Positions 49,610 to 61,412 are shown, numbered from the stretch's first letter. The stretch is DNA of 64,000 nucleotides from Gammaproteobacteria bacterium (GCA_021773215.1 JAJFKM010000041.1:1099-65098), one strand, 5' to 3'. The notes: generated by a model from the letters alone, not told the origin. Program-made: numbers and translations.

Positions 49610-51871
49610 CTATTTTTTTTCTGTTGACTCGTGTTTAACCAGTTTATTTAGTTTATTACGCCATTTCCCTTCTTCTTGAAGGCCGATGTCTGATTCAACC
49701 AGCTTTGTCAGACCCATGTAATCTATTTTCCCTGTGCTCAGCAAAGGAATCTTATCAATAATCATAACCATTCTGGGGATAGCCAGCTCAGTGATTTGGT
49801 TATTTTTGGCAGCGATCTGCAATTGTTTTCGTTCTGCTTCTTTATTTTCCGTTACAAGAATTATTTTTTCTCCTTTACGTTCATCATGTACGGCAACAGC
49901 AGCATAATGAATGTTAGAAATAACTCTGTTATTAATAGGTATAGGCCAGGTTAGTGTCGCCAGTTCTTCAACAACGGATAGTGATACCATTTCACCGCCA
50001 ACTTTAGCAAAACGTTTTGCGCGTCCTAGTATTGTTATAAATCCTTCATCGTCTATATCGGCGATATCGCCAGTGTCATACCAACCAGCACCACGCTCAG
50101 TGGAAGGCGCTTGTACCTCGCCAGGTTTGTTATGCAATAAATAGCCTTGCATGACATTTGGACCTCTAACGACAAGAGAGCCGCCACGTTTTATACCCTC
50201 AACTGGTTTTAAATAACATTCCATGCCAGGTACAATTCGACCTACTGTCCCGGCCTTATTTAACATCTTATTATTTGACGAGATGACGGGGCTGGTTTCT
50301 GTCACACCATAACCTTGCAAAATTCGTATGCCATATTTATTCACCCATAATTGCGCAGTGTCATCATGTAATTTTTCAGCGCCTGCGACGACGTAATTTA
50401 AGGAATTAAAATCAAAAGGATCGGCATATCGTGCATACCCTTTAAAAAAAGTATTGGTGCCAAAAAATATAGTTGCGCGAAGTTCGTAGATTAACTCAGG
50501 TATAAACCGATAATGTAATGGCGTTGGATAGAGGAATACTTTTCCACCACCAATTAGAGGCATCAGAAATCCGGCATTAAGTCCAAACGAATGAAATAAG
50601 GGCAAACAATTAAATATAATGTCGTTTGAGGTGAAGTTGATGTAACAACGTACCTGAGAGTAATTGGATAAAATATTGCCGTGAGACAACACAACGCCTT
50701 TAGGATGACCTTCTGATCCGGAGGTAAACAGAATTACGGCTGCTGCATCAGGATTCGCGTTCAGGTTTTGTTTGGCATAATGCCTTGCTGGATTTCTACT
50801 CCTATACAATGCCAGTAGTTTCGTTGTTAATGTTATCTGGCTTCTTAAGTCTTCCAGATAAATCACGGTGAACTCATGTTCAAGTGCCTCTGCCAGGCTT
50901 TCAAGCTTGGCATTTTTAATGAAGCGCCTTGATGTGTAAATTATTTTAATTTGTGCAGTCTCGCAAGCACGTTTTACGGCAAGTGCGCCAGATGAAAAAT
51001 TCAACATCGCCGGAACACGACCTATAAATTGCAAGGCAAAGAAAAACACGGGCAAGGCATTAACATTAGGCATTAATACGCCGATGTGCTCACCTGCACG
51101 TGTTTGTTTTTTAATTAGACTGCTTAATAAGATGCTGCGCAGAATTAATTGTTTAAAGTTTAAGGTTTCTCGATTGATATCTTCTAAAATTTCCAGTTTA
51201 TTACCAAACCGATTGCGAGAATTAATCAAGGTTGAGTAGAGCGTTGTTCTTTGATTGATGCTTGAAAAAGTCAGCTTAAACATCAGGTCTTGTAGTTGTC
51301 TTGCGGTTGCTTTTCTGCGTTCATTTCCGACAAGTTCTGTAGAGGTAGTTATTTTTTCTGGCGGCAGGACTTTCATCGTGACTTTAGGAAACCAGAACAC
51401 ATGGCCTCGGCCTTTCATGTAAGACAGGCGACTGTATTGTGCCCCTTCAATTGCAATGGGAAGGATAGCTGCATTGCTTCTATCAGCGATTAACCCAGGT
51501 CCTTCATAAATTTTCATTAATGAGCCGGTTACGGTGATACGACCCTCAGGAAAGATGACTGCCTTTTTATCTTGCTTGAGATATTTGATCATGGATTTAA
51601 CAGCGAGAGGATTGAGCGCATCCATTTCAAACAGGTGCACGAAAAATAAAAACGGTTTAAATATGTTTTTAGCAGCTATCTGAGTATTTATTGCAAAGGT
51701 AGGCGTTTCTGGCAGCCAGGCGTAAAGCAGAACACCATCAAGCAGGGAGGTATGGTTAGCAACGATTAATACCCGATCCCCCGCCTTTTGATAATTTTCC
51801 ATACCACTGACTTCAACACGGTATAAAAGACGAAGCAATAGTCGGATAAGATATTTTGCCAGACGATTCAT
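49610..51871 (-). CDS. aas: Bifunctional acyltransferase / acyl-ACP synthetase
   Basis: NHTSLLD, FPEGRIT, FTSGSEGHPKG, GYGVTE, YDTGD. Confidence 0.93.
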   Translation of the reverse strand: MNRLAKYLIRLLLRLLYRVEVSGMENYQKAGDRVLIVANHTSLLDGVLLYAWLPETPTFAINTQIAAKNIFKPFLFFVHLFEMDALNPLAVKSMIKYLKQDKKAVIFPEGRITVTGSLMKIYEGPGLIADRSNAAILPIAIEGAQYSRLSYMKGRGHVFWFPKVTMKVLPPEKITTSTELVGNERRKATARQLQDLMFKLTFSSINQRTTLYSTLINSRNRFGNKLEILEDINRETLNFKQLILRSILLSSLIKKQTRAGEHIGVLMPNVNALPVFFFALQFIGRVPAMLNFSSGALAVKRACETAQIKIIYTSRRFIKNAKLESLAEALEHEFTVIYLEDLRSQITLTTKLLALYRSRNPARHYAKQNLNANPDAAAVILFTSGSEGHPKGVVLSHGNILSNYSQVRCYINFTSNDIIFNCLPLFHSFGLNAGFLMPLIGGGKVFLYPTPLHYRFIPELIYELRATIFFGTNTFFKGYARYADPFDFNSLNYVVAGAEKLHDDTAQLWVNKYGIRILQGYGVTETSPVISSNNKMLNKAGTVGRIVPGMECYLKPVEGIKRGGSLVVRGPNVMQGYLLHNKPGEVQAPSTERGAGWYDTGDIADIDDEGFITILGRAKRFAKVGGEMVSLSVVEELATLTWPIPINNRVISNIHYAAVAVHDERKGEKIILVTENKEAERKQLQIAAKNNQITELAIPRMVMIIDKIPLLSTGKIDYMGLTKLVESDIGLQEEGKWRNKLNKLVKHESTEKK

Positions 51872-51971
51872 AAAGGCTATTGTACGTATAAAAGTGATAC
51901 GACTAAAAGCTCCAATATGGAAACGCGTGAGAATTGTGGAAAAATTGGACGGTATTTAGGAAATTATACTT

Positions 51972-53609
51972 CTAGGCACCAGCAACTGTTTGTTGAACGA
52001 TTAAGCTCTGGCCGGGTTGCAGGTGCTTTCCTTTCTTTATTTTATTCCACTTGAGTAAATCTTTAACGTGGATATCAAATTTCCTTGCGATCAACCACAA
52101 TGAATCTCCACGTTTTACTATATAAGCACCGCCTAACGATTTTTTCGCAACGGTTTTAATTAAACTGCCATCCTTCTTGTTTTCATTTTGCTTAGCCCAG
52201 ACAGTCAGTTTTTGTCCGGGTTTCAAAAGACTCTTTTTTGAAATACCATTCCATTGTGTGAGTTGACTGACGCTAATACCGTAGTGACGACCAATATCCC
52301 AGAGATTGTCACCACGCTTCACTGAATAAATATAGCGTTTACCATCACCTGTTTTTTTAAGGCCTTTAAATTTTCTGGCATCGGCACTTAAGGTGTAAAA
52401 TTTACTCTTTTCCTTTGCGGTAGGAATTAATAAAGAACGACCTGCGCGTATTTTGCTGTTTTTCAGTCGATTAACACTCTTTAGTGCACTGACGCTGGTT
52501 TGATAGCGAGCAGCAATTTTACCGAGCGATTCACCTTCACGAATATTGTGTTGCTTCCAGGTAATGCGTTCCGTTTTTGGCAATGTTGCCAACTTTTGCT
52601 TAAAAGCATCAGCTTTATCTAATGGTATCAGTAAACGATGCGGTCCTTTTGGGTCTGTTGCCCAACGATTGAAACCCGGATTCAGCGTGTAAACTTCATC
52701 CATGGTCAAACCAGATAATTTGGCGACAGTCGCTAGATCAATCTGACTACCAACATCAATTTTTTCAAAGTGCGGCTTATTTGGAATGGTCTTGAAGCTA
52801 ATATTGTATTTAGCATTATTTCTTAGGACTTCAGCTACAGCTAAAAGACTGGGCACATAACTTCGTGTCTCACGGGGTAGACGTAATGACCAGAAATCAA
52901 TTCTCTTACCGGCTTTCTTGTTTCTTCTGATAGCACGTTCGACTCTACCTTCACCCGAATTATACGCAGCAAGGGCATGAAGCCAGTTGCCGTCGAAACG
53001 TTTGTGTAAATCTTGCAAATAATCCAAGGCGCCATCGGTTGCTGCAATAATGTCGCGACGACCGTCGTACCACCAATTTTGTTTCATACCAAAGCGCTTA
53101 CCGGTTGCCGGTATAAACTGCCAGATACCAGAGGCACGACTGGGAGAATAGGCAAATGGTTGGTAGGCACTTTCTACGATGGGCAGAAGTGCTAAATCAA
53201 GCGGCATGTTACGTTCTTTTAATTTCGATATGATATGAAACAAGTAAGGCTGCGCGCGATCTGAAACACGGTCCATATAGTCTTGATTACGAGCAAACCA
53301 GGCGATTTTATCCTTAACACTGCGTTGGTTTATATTGCTATCAAATTGCAGGTCATCTTTGATTAAAAACCAGAGATTAGTATGGTCTTTTTTATGAGCG
53401 ACCGAATTTTCGAGGTCATTCTCAACATTGATCTCTGAACTGCTTACCTCTGGCTTATGATCGGCTAGATTTTTTGCCGTCAGTGTTAGTGTCTGGCTCT
53501 TATCTGCGGTCGGTGCGGGGTCTACTGAATCGGGTCGGGTAGAACTGAGGTTACAAGCGCTGATTATTAGTGGTACTAAGCAAATAATTGCTTTACGTAT
53601 CATATGCAT
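51972..53609 (-). CDS. mltD: Membrane-bound lytic murein transglycosylase D (SLT plus LysM domains)
   Basis: Lipobox ISAC, LPIVES, GIWQFIP, AAYNSGEG, several LysM repeats. Confidence 0.95.
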   Translation of the reverse strand: MHMIRKAIICLVPLIISACNLSSTRPDSVDPAPTADKSQTLTLTAKNLADHKPEVSSSEINVENDLENSVAHKKDHTNLWFLIKDDLQFDSNINQRSVKDKIAWFARNQDYMDRVSDRAQPYLFHIISKLKERNMPLDLALLPIVESAYQPFAYSPSRASGIWQFIPATGKRFGMKQNWWYDGRRDIIAATDGALDYLQDLHKRFDGNWLHALAAYNSGEGRVERAIRRNKKAGKRIDFWSLRLPRETRSYVPSLLAVAEVLRNNAKYNISFKTIPNKPHFEKIDVGSQIDLATVAKLSGLTMDEVYTLNPGFNRWATDPKGPHRLLIPLDKADAFKQKLATLPKTERITWKQHNIREGESLGKIAARYQTSVSALKSVNRLKNSKIRAGRSLLIPTAKEKSKFYTLSADARKFKGLKKTGDGKRYIYSVKRGDNLWDIGRHYGISVSQLTQWNGISKKSLLKPGQKLTVWAKQNENKKDGSLIKTVAKKSLGGAYIVKRGDSLWLIARKFDIHVKDLLKWNKIKKGKHLQPGQSLIVQQTVAGA

Positions 53610-53684
53610 GGCCGAATGCTAGGCACAGGATGCGTTTGGGTCAAGTACTAATTCTCAGATAAAAAAATATTTTTTAGGAACCAA

Positions 53685-54455
53685 TTAAAAATTGTCCTTC
53701 CACTGCCGTACTACAGCAAAAACATCAGCAGCATCATTCAGGGTTTTACCCGAAAATTGACTGGCTGCTGAGATGACGCCACGCTCGTCACAACGCAAAA
53801 ATGGATTTGTTTTTTTCTCTTCTGCCAAAGTAGCGGGTACGGTCGACTGGTCTAAGTTTCTGGCTGCTTCAGTAAGCTTCAAGCGTTTTTGAATCGCCTT
53901 ATTTTCGGGTTCGACGCTAGCAGCAAATTTGAGATTCCCCACAGTATATTCGTGCCCACAATAGAGTAATGTACTATCAGGCAAGGCCTTAAATTTTGAT
54001 AAGGAGGCGTGCATTTGTGGCGGTGTGCCTTCAAACATGCGCCCACAACCGGCGGTAAAGAGCGTGTCACCACTAAACACCATATCATCAGTGTAATAGG
54101 CAATTGCGCCAGAGGTATGTCCAGGCACATCTATAATTTCCAGATTCAGAGCCAATTCAGGCAGATATACAACATCACCTTCGCCAACTGGGTTTGTACT
54201 GCCGGTGACTGTCTCTGTCTTCGGCGTATAGACCGGGATATCGAATTGCTCAGTAATTCCGGGAATACCACCGACATGATCCCAATGGTGATGCGTGATC
54301 ATGATGGCTATCGGTATCAAACCTTCAGATTTAATCAGCTCCAACACTGGATCCGCCTCACTGGGGTCGACAATAGCAACGTGTCGGCTTATCTTGTTTT
54401 TCAACAACCAGATATAGTTATCCTTTAGTGCTGGTAGGGGTATGATCTCTAGCAT
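53685..54455 (-). CDS. gloB: Hydroxyacylglutathione hydrolase
   Basis: DNYIW, THHHWDH, PGHT, GDTLF, CGHEYT. Confidence 0.96.
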   Translation of the reverse strand: MLEIIPLPALKDNYIWLLKNKISRHVAIVDPSEADPVLELIKSEGLIPIAIMITHHHWDHVGGIPGITEQFDIPVYTPKTETVTGSTNPVGEGDVVYLPELALNLEIIDVPGHTSGAIAYYTDDMVFSGDTLFTAGCGRMFEGTPPQMHASLSKFKALPDSTLLYCGHEYTVGNLKFAASVEPENKAIQKRLKLTEAARNLDQSTVPATLAEEKKTNPFLRCDERGVISAASQFSGKTLNDAADVFAVVRQWKDNF

Positions 54456-54510
54456 GATGCTATCTATAGTCCGAGTCAGTTTAATTTAAAGTAGGGTATG
54501 TTTGTCATTC

Positions 54511-55272
54511 ATGAGTTCTGATAATACAAAGACATTATCATTAAGAGAAAAATTCTCAAGCTGGTTTGATGGGCCACTGGGTCGAGCGACCTATACCGCA
54601 GAGATAGAACAGTTAGAAGATATCCTCCCGGGTTTGTTTGGTTATCATATTTTGCAGTATGGCTACTCGGCGGAATCAAACTATTTGTCAGCATCTCGTA
54701 TTACGAATAAAACGATCCTGTTTCTGGATGATACGGAATTAAATAATCGTGTAACGGCAATACATAGCAGTGCGGAAGAATTACCTATCGCTATGGATAG
54801 CATTGATGTAATCGTCTTACCGCACATTCTTGAATATTCAAGAGATGCGCATAAGTTATTGCGAGAAATGGAACGAGTCCTTATTGGTGATGGACATGTC
54901 GTTATAATAGGTATCAATCCATTGAGTCTTTGGGGGCTTTGGCATTTGTTTAAATGCTGGTGGGGTGAAATGCCCTGGAGCGGCCAGTTGATTTCCATCC
55001 CAAGATTAAAAGATTGGTTGTCGTTATTAGATTTTGAAGTAGAAAAGATCAATGGTTTTTTCTTTTCACCACCGTTAAATAATCAAAATTTGTTAAAGAA
55101 ATTAATGCCGCTAGAACGATTGGGTCGTTATTGTTGGCCAATTTTTGGTGGTTTGTATGTTGTCGTTGCCAAAAAGCGCACCGTGCCCTTAAATCCGATC
55201 AAGATGCAATGGCGTGCTAAACGAAATATGATTGGGCCAGGAGTTATAGAACCCACAACACGAAACCGATAA
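54511..55272 (+). CDS. YafS-like SAM methyltransferase
   Basis: Divergent from gloB and upstream of rnhA; LPHILE, RVL, NPLSLWG. Confidence 0.88.
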   Translation: MSSDNTKTLSLREKFSSWFDGPLGRATYTAEIEQLEDILPGLFGYHILQYGYSAESNYLSASRITNKTILFLDDTELNNRVTAIHSSAEELPIAMDSIDVIVLPHILEYSRDAHKLLREMERVLIGDGHVVIIGINPLSLWGLWHLFKCWWGEMPWSGQLISIPRLKDWLSLLDFEVEKINGFFFSPPLNNQNLLKKLMPLERLGRYCWPIFGGLYVVVAKKRTVPLNPIKMQWRAKRNMIGPGVIEPTTRNR

Positions 55273-55289
55273 GGCAATCTTAAATTATT

Positions 55290-55742
55290 ATGAGTGAAAC
55301 AATACACATTTTTTCTGATGGCGCCTGCCGAGGTAACCCTGGGCCGGGCGGTTGGGGAACCTTATTAAAATATAACAGTACTGAAAAAGAACTCTATGCT
55401 GCTGAAACAGAAACCACCAACAATCGTATGGAGTTAATGGGTGCGATTATGGGACTCGAAGCATTAAAAGGTGAATGTGATGTCGTACTTACCACAGACT
55501 CCCAATATGTAATGAAGGGTATTACCGAATGGATGGACGGTTGGAAGAGTCGAGGCTGGAAAACAGCAGCCAAGAAGCCAGTAAAGAACAAAGATCTTTG
55601 GTTGCGACTGGATGAAGCCTGCGCACCTCATCAAATAAAATGGGTATGGGTCAAAGGTCACAGTGGCCATGATGAAAATGAAAGAGTCGATCAATTGGCA
55701 AATAAGGCCATCGATGAGATGTTTGCTGGTAGCACTTCATGA
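55290..55742 (+). CDS. rnhA: Ribonuclease HI
   Basis: [26 protein letters not shown]. Confidence 0.99.
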   Translation: MSETIHIFSDGACRGNPGPGGWGTLLKYNSTEKELYAAETETTNNRMELMGAIMGLEALKGECDVVLTTDSQYVMKGITEWMDGWKSRGWKTAAKKPVKNKDLWLRLDEACAPHQIKWVWVKGHSGHDENERVDQLANKAIDEMFAGSTS

Positions 55743-56455
55743 GACAGATTGTCCTCGATACTGAAACCACCGGACTAGAACCCAAACAAGGGCATCGTAT
55801 TATCGAAATAGGTTGTGTTGAGATCGTTAATCGACGCAAAACAGATAGGCACTTCCATCAATATCTAAATCCCGATAGAGAGATCGATGATGGTGCATTC
55901 AATGTGCACGGCATCGGCAATGAATTTCTCGCAGACAAACCACGTTTTGCTGATATAGCTCAAGAATTCATCGACTTTATTCGCGATAGCGAACTCATAA
56001 TTCACAACGCACCATTTGATGTTGGTTTTTTAAATGCTGAATTAAAAAAACTTGGTAGAAAATGGGGCAAGACAGAAGACTACTGTTCCGTTGTTGATAC
56101 CTTAATGATGGCGCGTGAAAAGCATCCCGGCCAAAAGAATAATCTCGATGCTTTATGTAAACGTTATGAAATAGATAATACAGAGCGCGATTTACACGGC
56201 GCACTGCTCGACGCGCGGATACTGCTAGATGTGTATCTAATAATGACCGGTGGTCAAGAGACCTTGAGTTTTGATTCTTCACAAGAGCAACAGGCTGCCG
56301 AACAGACTAAAGCAAGAATTGTAGACGTCAATCGTAAACCATTACGTGTCATTGAAGCAACTGCAGAAGAACTTGTTGAACATGAAAAATATCTGGAAAG
56401 GATCAAGGAAGATAGCGGCGGCAAGTGCGTATGGATTGATAGTGGTTATGATTAA
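55739..56455 (+). CDS. dnaQ: DNA polymerase III epsilon
   Basis: LDTETTG, HNAPFD, HGALLDA. Confidence 0.98.
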   Translation: MRQIVLDTETTGLEPKQGHRIIEIGCVEIVNRRKTDRHFHQYLNPDREIDDGAFNVHGIGNEFLADKPRFADIAQEFIDFIRDSELIIHNAPFDVGFLNAELKKLGRKWGKTEDYCSVVDTLMMAREKHPGQKNNLDALCKRYEIDNTERDLHGALLDARILLDVYLIMTGGQETLSFDSSQEQQAAEQTKARIVDVNRKPLRVIEATAEELVEHEKYLERIKEDSGGKCVWIDSGYD

Positions 56456-56502
56456 TATTCTCTATGCATTTTTGATGTAATCAAAAAGATTTTCAGCAGA
56501 GC

Positions 56503-57225
56503 ATGCCACACAAAAAATATTTTCTAATACTCTCGCTTCTATTTTTTATTGAATTTCTAATTCTCGCTATATCACCGCATGATCGGTCAGATTGGACATT
56601 GGAAAATGTTTTAGTACTGGTGTTTGTCATTGTTATGGCGGCAATCTATAAAAAATTTACCTTCTCAAGAATATCCTACAGCATGATTTTTATATTCATG
56701 TGTCTGCACGAAATAGGGGCGCATTACACCTATGCCAGAGTCCCTTATGATTCGTTTTTAATATTACATTTTAATTTTAGCCTAAACGAGATGATGGGAT
56801 GGGATAGAAATCATTTCGATCGCTTGGTGCATTTTCTTTATGGATTATTAATGGCCTATCCTTTCAGAGAAATCTATTGCCGTATTGCCTATGGTAAAGG
56901 TTTTTGGGGTTATTTCTTTCCCTTACTATTCACTATCGCCGCTTCAGTGATATTCGAATTATTTGAATGGGCAGCAGCAGAGGTATTTGGTGGCGATCTG
57001 GGTGTAGCCTATCTAGGCACACAGGGCGATATTTGGGATGCACAAAAGGATATGGCATTAGCAAGTCTGGGTGCATTTATTGCGATGCTGATCGTCATTG
57101 GTATTCACCTGTGGCTACAGAAAAGTTTTGCTAAAGAATGGAAAGATAGTTTGCGTATTAAACGGAAGAAACCCATGGGGGAGGATGAGATTGCTCGTTT
57201 ACTAGATGAGCAGAATAAGAAATAA
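56503..57225 (+). CDS. DUF2238 (YjdF-like) membrane protein
   Basis: HEIGAHYTY, RNHFDRLVH, GTQGDIWDAQKDM. Confidence 0.9.
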   Translation: MPHKKYFLILSLLFFIEFLILAISPHDRSDWTLENVLVLVFVIVMAAIYKKFTFSRISYSMIFIFMCLHEIGAHYTYARVPYDSFLILHFNFSLNEMMGWDRNHFDRLVHFLYGLLMAYPFREIYCRIAYGKGFWGYFFPLLFTIAASVIFELFEWAAAEVFGGDLGVAYLGTQGDIWDAQKDMALASLGAFIAMLIVIGIHLWLQKSFAKEWKDSLRIKRKKPMGEDEIARLLDEQNKK

Positions 57226-57272
57226 ATGCATAATTCACTTGGCCAATCAATTCATATGCTAATCTTTAAAAT

Positions 57273-57851
57273 ATGAAACGTACCAATCTTAATTTTATTA
57301 TCGACACAGTCGCATTTATTGGATTTGTCTTATTGACGACAACCGGTGTACTAATGAGATATGTACTACCTCCCGGCAGCGGAAGTGATTCAACCATCTG
57401 GGGGCTTGACCGACACGAATGGGGAGGCGTTCATTTCTGGATTTCTGTTATCTTTTTTTCAATACTCGCACTTCACCTAGTTTTGCACTGGCGCTGGATT
57501 GCGAATGTTGTTTGTGGTCAGCACCAAAAAGCCTCAGGCTTTCGAGCCGGATTAGGGATAGTTGGACTTATCACTGTAATTGCACTTGCTATATCACCAT
57601 TACTCAGCCCGGTAGAAATACAAAGCAAAGAATTACCATCATTTTCAAGTCATAAGTCAAAGAACAAAATTATAAATGGTTCAATGACATTAAAAGATGT
57701 AGAAGAGGCAACAGGTGTTCCTGCTAGTTATGTTATCGAATCTTTGGGATTGCTGAAGTCGACATCAGTAAATGAGAAATTAGGCTCGTTTAAAAAGAAA
57801 CAGGGTATTGAAGTGGAAGATGTCAGAGCTATTGTTATTGGGTATAAATAG
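57273..57851 (+). CDS. DUF4405 membrane protein (cytochrome b-like His pattern)
   Basis: RHEWGGVHFW, LHLVLHWRW. Confidence 0.8.
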   Translation: MKRTNLNFIIDTVAFIGFVLLTTTGVLMRYVLPPGSGSDSTIWGLDRHEWGGVHFWISVIFFSILALHLVLHWRWIANVVCGQHQKASGFRAGLGIVGLITVIALAISPLLSPVEIQSKELPSFSSHKSKNKIINGSMTLKDVEEATGVPASYVIESLGLLKSTSVNEKLGSFKKKQGIEVEDVRAIVIGYK

Positions 57852-57889
57852 AGATAGTTTTTAATATTAAAAAGAAAATAAGAAATAAC

Positions 57890-57919
57890 TGAGAGTAGTA
57901 ATTTAAATTACTACTCTCA
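57890..57919. terminator. Perfect 30-bp palindrome between convergent genes (bidirectional terminator candidate)
   Basis: TGAGAGTAGTAATTTAAATTACTACTCTCA. Confidence 0.65.
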
Positions 57920-57932
57920 ATCTAAAATACTA

Positions 57933-58250
57933 TTAACTACCTACTGCCTCTTTTGTCATTTTTTGCAATTCGCCTTTTTCATGTAAATCCATAACGATAT
58001 CGCAGCCGCCTACTAACTCACCGTTGATGAAGACTTGTGGGAATGTGGGCCAGTTTGAATATTGTGGCAGGTTGGCGCGCATTTCAGGTTGTGCCAGTAC
58101 GTCGACGAAACCGAATTCGACATCACATTCTTTTAGTGCTTGAACGGTTTTCATTGAAAAGCCGCATTGTGGAAAGTCGGGTGATCCTTTCATGAAAAGG
58201 ACGACGGGGTTTTCTGCTAGTTTCGCTTTAATTTGTTCCATTGGTTCCAT
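57933..58250 (-). CDS. grxD: Monothiol glutaredoxin Grx4
   Basis: MKGSP…CGFS, WPTFPQ, GGCD. Confidence 0.97.
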   Translation of the reverse strand: MEPMEQIKAKLAENPVVLFMKGSPDFPQCGFSMKTVQALKECDVEFGFVDVLAQPEMRANLPQYSNWPTFPQVFINGELVGGCDIVMDLHEKGELQKMTKEAVGS

Positions 58251-58584
58251 TACATTTACCTCGGGTTAGTAGCTTGTTTTACTTTGTGGCGGATTATACG
58301 CGAAAGAGACAAGCAATCACCAATTGTTGGTGTGCTTGTATTAGTCAATTTAAATGTGGGCGATATTGTCGATTTCAAGTAGCAGTATTTTTCTGCAAAT
58401 CCTTGTTTTAGCTGGAAATGCCCGTTTATGCCTTGTTTTGACTCCTGATAGTGCATATTCCTGTCCCTTAGCGTTTTTCTGCTGTGAAAGGGGTGGAAGC
58501 GGATACTGACATCAGTATAATCCTAGCCAACATTTTACTGTGTCATTAAGAAACACTTAATTTTCTATCCGGGGAGTATTTAGT

Positions 58585-59172
58585 ATGAATCCACTCAAGT
58601 CAGTGCATGGCACGTTAGCGCTTGGTTTTATAATAGCTATAGTTGTTATGTTTTTGGTTGGCGGCAAGCCTGAGTTCAACTTATTGTCTTTAACGGTCTG
58701 GTTACATGTCTTTTTTGGCGTTATCTGGATTGGTCTGCTTTATTACTTCAATTTCGTACAAGTCCCTGCGGTTGGTGTGGCTTTAGCTGATGAGGGCGGT
58801 CCTGGTCCTGCGGCAATTAATAAGTATGTCGCTCCGCGTGCGTTGTGGTGGTTTCGTTGGGGCGCATTAGGTACTTGGTTAACTGGGGCATCTGCACTGG
58901 AATCATTGGGTGTTGGTATTAAGAATGCTTTCTTGTTGCAAGAAGGTGGTTTGGTTATTGGTTTAGGTGCCTGGATGGGCACAATCATGCTCTTCAATGT
59001 TTGGGTATTGATCTGGCCGAACCAGAAGAAAATTCTAGGTATTGTTGAAGCCACTGCCGATGAGATTGCTAAAGGTAAATTTGTCGCACTAATGGCATCA
59101 CGTACAAATACTTTTCTCTCTATTCCAATGTTGATGTGCATGGTGGGTTTTGGACATGGTCTGCCTTTATAG
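58585..59172 (+). CDS. Urate hydroxylase PuuD N-terminal-domain-like membrane protein
   Basis: WLHV…WIGLLYYFNFVQ, RALWWFRW, NVWVLIWPNQKK, SRTNT. Confidence 0.75.
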   Translation: MNPLKSVHGTLALGFIIAIVVMFLVGGKPEFNLLSLTVWLHVFFGVIWIGLLYYFNFVQVPAVGVALADEGGPGPAAINKYVAPRALWWFRWGALGTWLTGASALESLGVGIKNAFLLQEGGLVIGLGAWMGTIMLFNVWVLIWPNQKKILGIVEATADEIAKGKFVALMASRTNTFLSIPMLMCMVGFGHGLPL

Positions 59173-59198
59173 TAATTAGTTTTTAATTTATGTGTTTG

Positions 59199-59226
59199 AG
59201 CCCGGCTCATGGCCGGGCTTGTTATT
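59199..59226 (+). terminator. Rho-independent terminator candidate
   Basis: AGCCCGGC-TCATG-GCCGGGCT followed by a T-rich tail. Confidence 0.6.
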
Positions 59227-59268
59227 TATGGAGCCGAGTAAATATCGGTATGTTTGGAATTTAGGTCT

Positions 59269-60441
59269 ATGAGCAGTGCGTTAATGTCAAATTATCAGCC
59301 GTTGTCGATTGAGTTTATAAAAGGGTCAGGTATCTGGCTTATGGATGCTCGAGGTGAACGTTATCTAGATGCGCTCAGTGGAATAGCTGTTTGTGGTTTA
59401 GGGCATGCGCATCCTGCTGTGCAAGAGGCTATTGCCGATCAAGCGGCTAATTTAATCCATACCTCAAATCTATATCGTATCCCTTTACAAGAAAAGCTGG
59501 CTGAAAAACTGGTGCAACACTCTGGTATGGAGAAGGTCTTTTTTGGTAACTCTGGTGCTGAAGCCAATGAAGCTGCAATCAAGTTGGCAAGATTGTACGC
59601 GAGCAATAAGAAAATTTCTGACCCGGTCATCGTGGTGATGGAGAAAAGTTTTCACGGACGCACTATGGCAACGCTAAGTGCAACGGGAAATGCAAAAGTA
59701 CATAAAGGCTTTGATCCTTTGGTTGAAGGTTTTAAACATATTCCCTATAACGATATAGATGTCTTAAACGCACTTGCGAACGAGAATCTTAATATTGTCG
59801 CTGTGATGGTCGAGCCGATACTGGGTGAGGGTGGTGTTGTTATCCCTGACGCAGGATATTTGAAAGCGATAAGAACATTCTGCGATCAATACGATTGTTT
59901 GATGATGGTTGATGAGATACAAACCGGGATGTGCCGAACAGGGAAATGGTTTGCCTTTCAACATGAAGATGTCATGCCAGACGTTATGACCTTGGCGAAG
60001 GCCTTGGGTAATGGCGTTCCCATAGGCGCCTGTCTTGCAAGAGGTGAAGCGGCAAACTTATTTCAACCAGGCAGTCATGGCTCTACCTTTGGTGGAAACC
60101 CATTAGCCTCCAGAGCTGCGTTAGCGGTGATTGATGTTCTAGAAAAAGATGAACTGGCACAACGTGCAGAAGTGCTTGGAAATCGAATATTAGATGGCTT
60201 TAAACAGACGTTAGCGGATGTCCAAGGCATAAAAGAAATTCGTGGTTCTGGTTTAATGTTGGGGATTGAATTAGATCAAGATGCGCCTGATTTGGTTGGG
60301 TTGGCATTAAAAGAAAAAATATTGATCAATGTAACTGCGGGCAATGTTATTCGCTTATTACCACCGTTAGTGATGACTGATTCTGAAGCAGATCAAATTG
60401 TTGCTATCTTAAGTATTTTACTCAAAGCCTATCTGGAATGA
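59269..60441 (+). CDS. argD: Acetylornithine aminotransferase
   Basis: [36 protein letters not shown]. Confidence 0.95.
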   Translation: MSSALMSNYQPLSIEFIKGSGIWLMDARGERYLDALSGIAVCGLGHAHPAVQEAIADQAANLIHTSNLYRIPLQEKLAEKLVQHSGMEKVFFGNSGAEANEAAIKLARLYASNKKISDPVIVVMEKSFHGRTMATLSATGNAKVHKGFDPLVEGFKHIPYNDIDVLNALANENLNIVAVMVEPILGEGGVVIPDAGYLKAIRTFCDQYDCLMMVDEIQTGMCRTGKWFAFQHEDVMPDVMTLAKALGNGVPIGACLARGEAANLFQPGSHGSTFGGNPLASRAALAVIDVLEKDELAQRAEVLGNRILDGFKQTLADVQGIKEIRGSGLMLGIELDQDAPDLVGLALKEKILINVTAGNVIRLLPPLVMTDSEADQIVAILSILLKAYLE

Positions 60442-60451
60442 AGGTAAGATT

Positions 60452-61354
60452 ATGAAACCAAAACATTTTTTGACGCTAAATAGTTTAACTCGAGAGGAGT
60501 TATTATCGATCATCAATCGTGCGTCTGTATTAAAAAGGCAGTTTGAAGAAAAAAACTACGATACAACGTTGAATAATCGTGTTCTGGGAATGATCTTTGA
60601 GAAATCGTCTACGCGTACACGTGTTTCATTTGAAGCCGGTATGGCGCAATTAGGAGGTCATGCCATCTATCTTTCTCCAACAGGCTCTCAAATCGGTCGT
60701 GGTGAACCGATAGAAGATACAGCACGTGTTTTATCAAGAATGGTTGATTGCATTATGTTAAGAACATTTGAGCATGAACGACTTGAAGCGTTTGCTTCTT
60801 ATTCTGATGTGCCGGTCATTAATGGTTTGTCTGATAGTTTCCATCCGTGTCAGTTGTTGGCAGATCTATTGACCTACTATGAAAAACGCGGCTCTATTGA
60901 AGATAAAAAGGTCGTTTGGCTAGGTGATGGCAATAATATGTGCCATTCCTATATGAATGCGGCAAAGATATTCAACTTTCAGTTAATCGTAGCTTGTCCT
61001 GAAGACTATGAGCCTGATGCCGGTTTATTAGAATCCACAAATGAATTTGTTTCGATAGAACGTGAACCAATGACCGCTGTTAAGAATGCGGATCTAGTGG
61101 TGACTGATGTTTGGGCCAGCATGGGACAAGAAGAAGAACAGAATGAAAGAATAGAACAATTCGCACCTTATCAGGTTAATACTGATCTAATGGAATGTGC
61201 GAATGGCGATGCCTTGTTTATGCATTGTTTACCTGCACACCGAGGCGAAGAAGTTTCTGCAGCTGTTTTGGAAGGACCCCAAAGCGTTGTTTGGGAGGAG
61301 GCGGGCAATCGTCTGCACTCACAAAAGGCTTTATTGGAATTTTTGCTCTGTTAG
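60452..61354 (+). CDS. argF: Ornithine carbamoyltransferase
   Basis: SSTRTR, HPCQ, SMGQE, HCLP. Confidence 0.97.
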   Translation: MKPKHFLTLNSLTREELLSIINRASVLKRQFEEKNYDTTLNNRVLGMIFEKSSTRTRVSFEAGMAQLGGHAIYLSPTGSQIGRGEPIEDTARVLSRMVDCIMLRTFEHERLEAFASYSDVPVINGLSDSFHPCQLLADLLTYYEKRGSIEDKKVVWLGDGNNMCHSYMNAAKIFNFQLIVACPEDYEPDAGLLESTNEFVSIEREPMTAVKNADLVVTDVWASMGQEEEQNERIEQFAPYQVNTDLMECANGDALFMHCLPAHRGEEVSAAVLEGPQSVVWEEAGNRLHSQKALLEFLLC

Positions 61355-61412
61355 TTTTGAACATCATCCTGACAATCTCTCATTCTATTTTTTTTAATAA
61401 TAGTCTCTATTA

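Noticed and set aside
58256-58456. 66-aa ORF upstream of grxD
   Set aside because: No motif or RBS; probably promoter-region noise.
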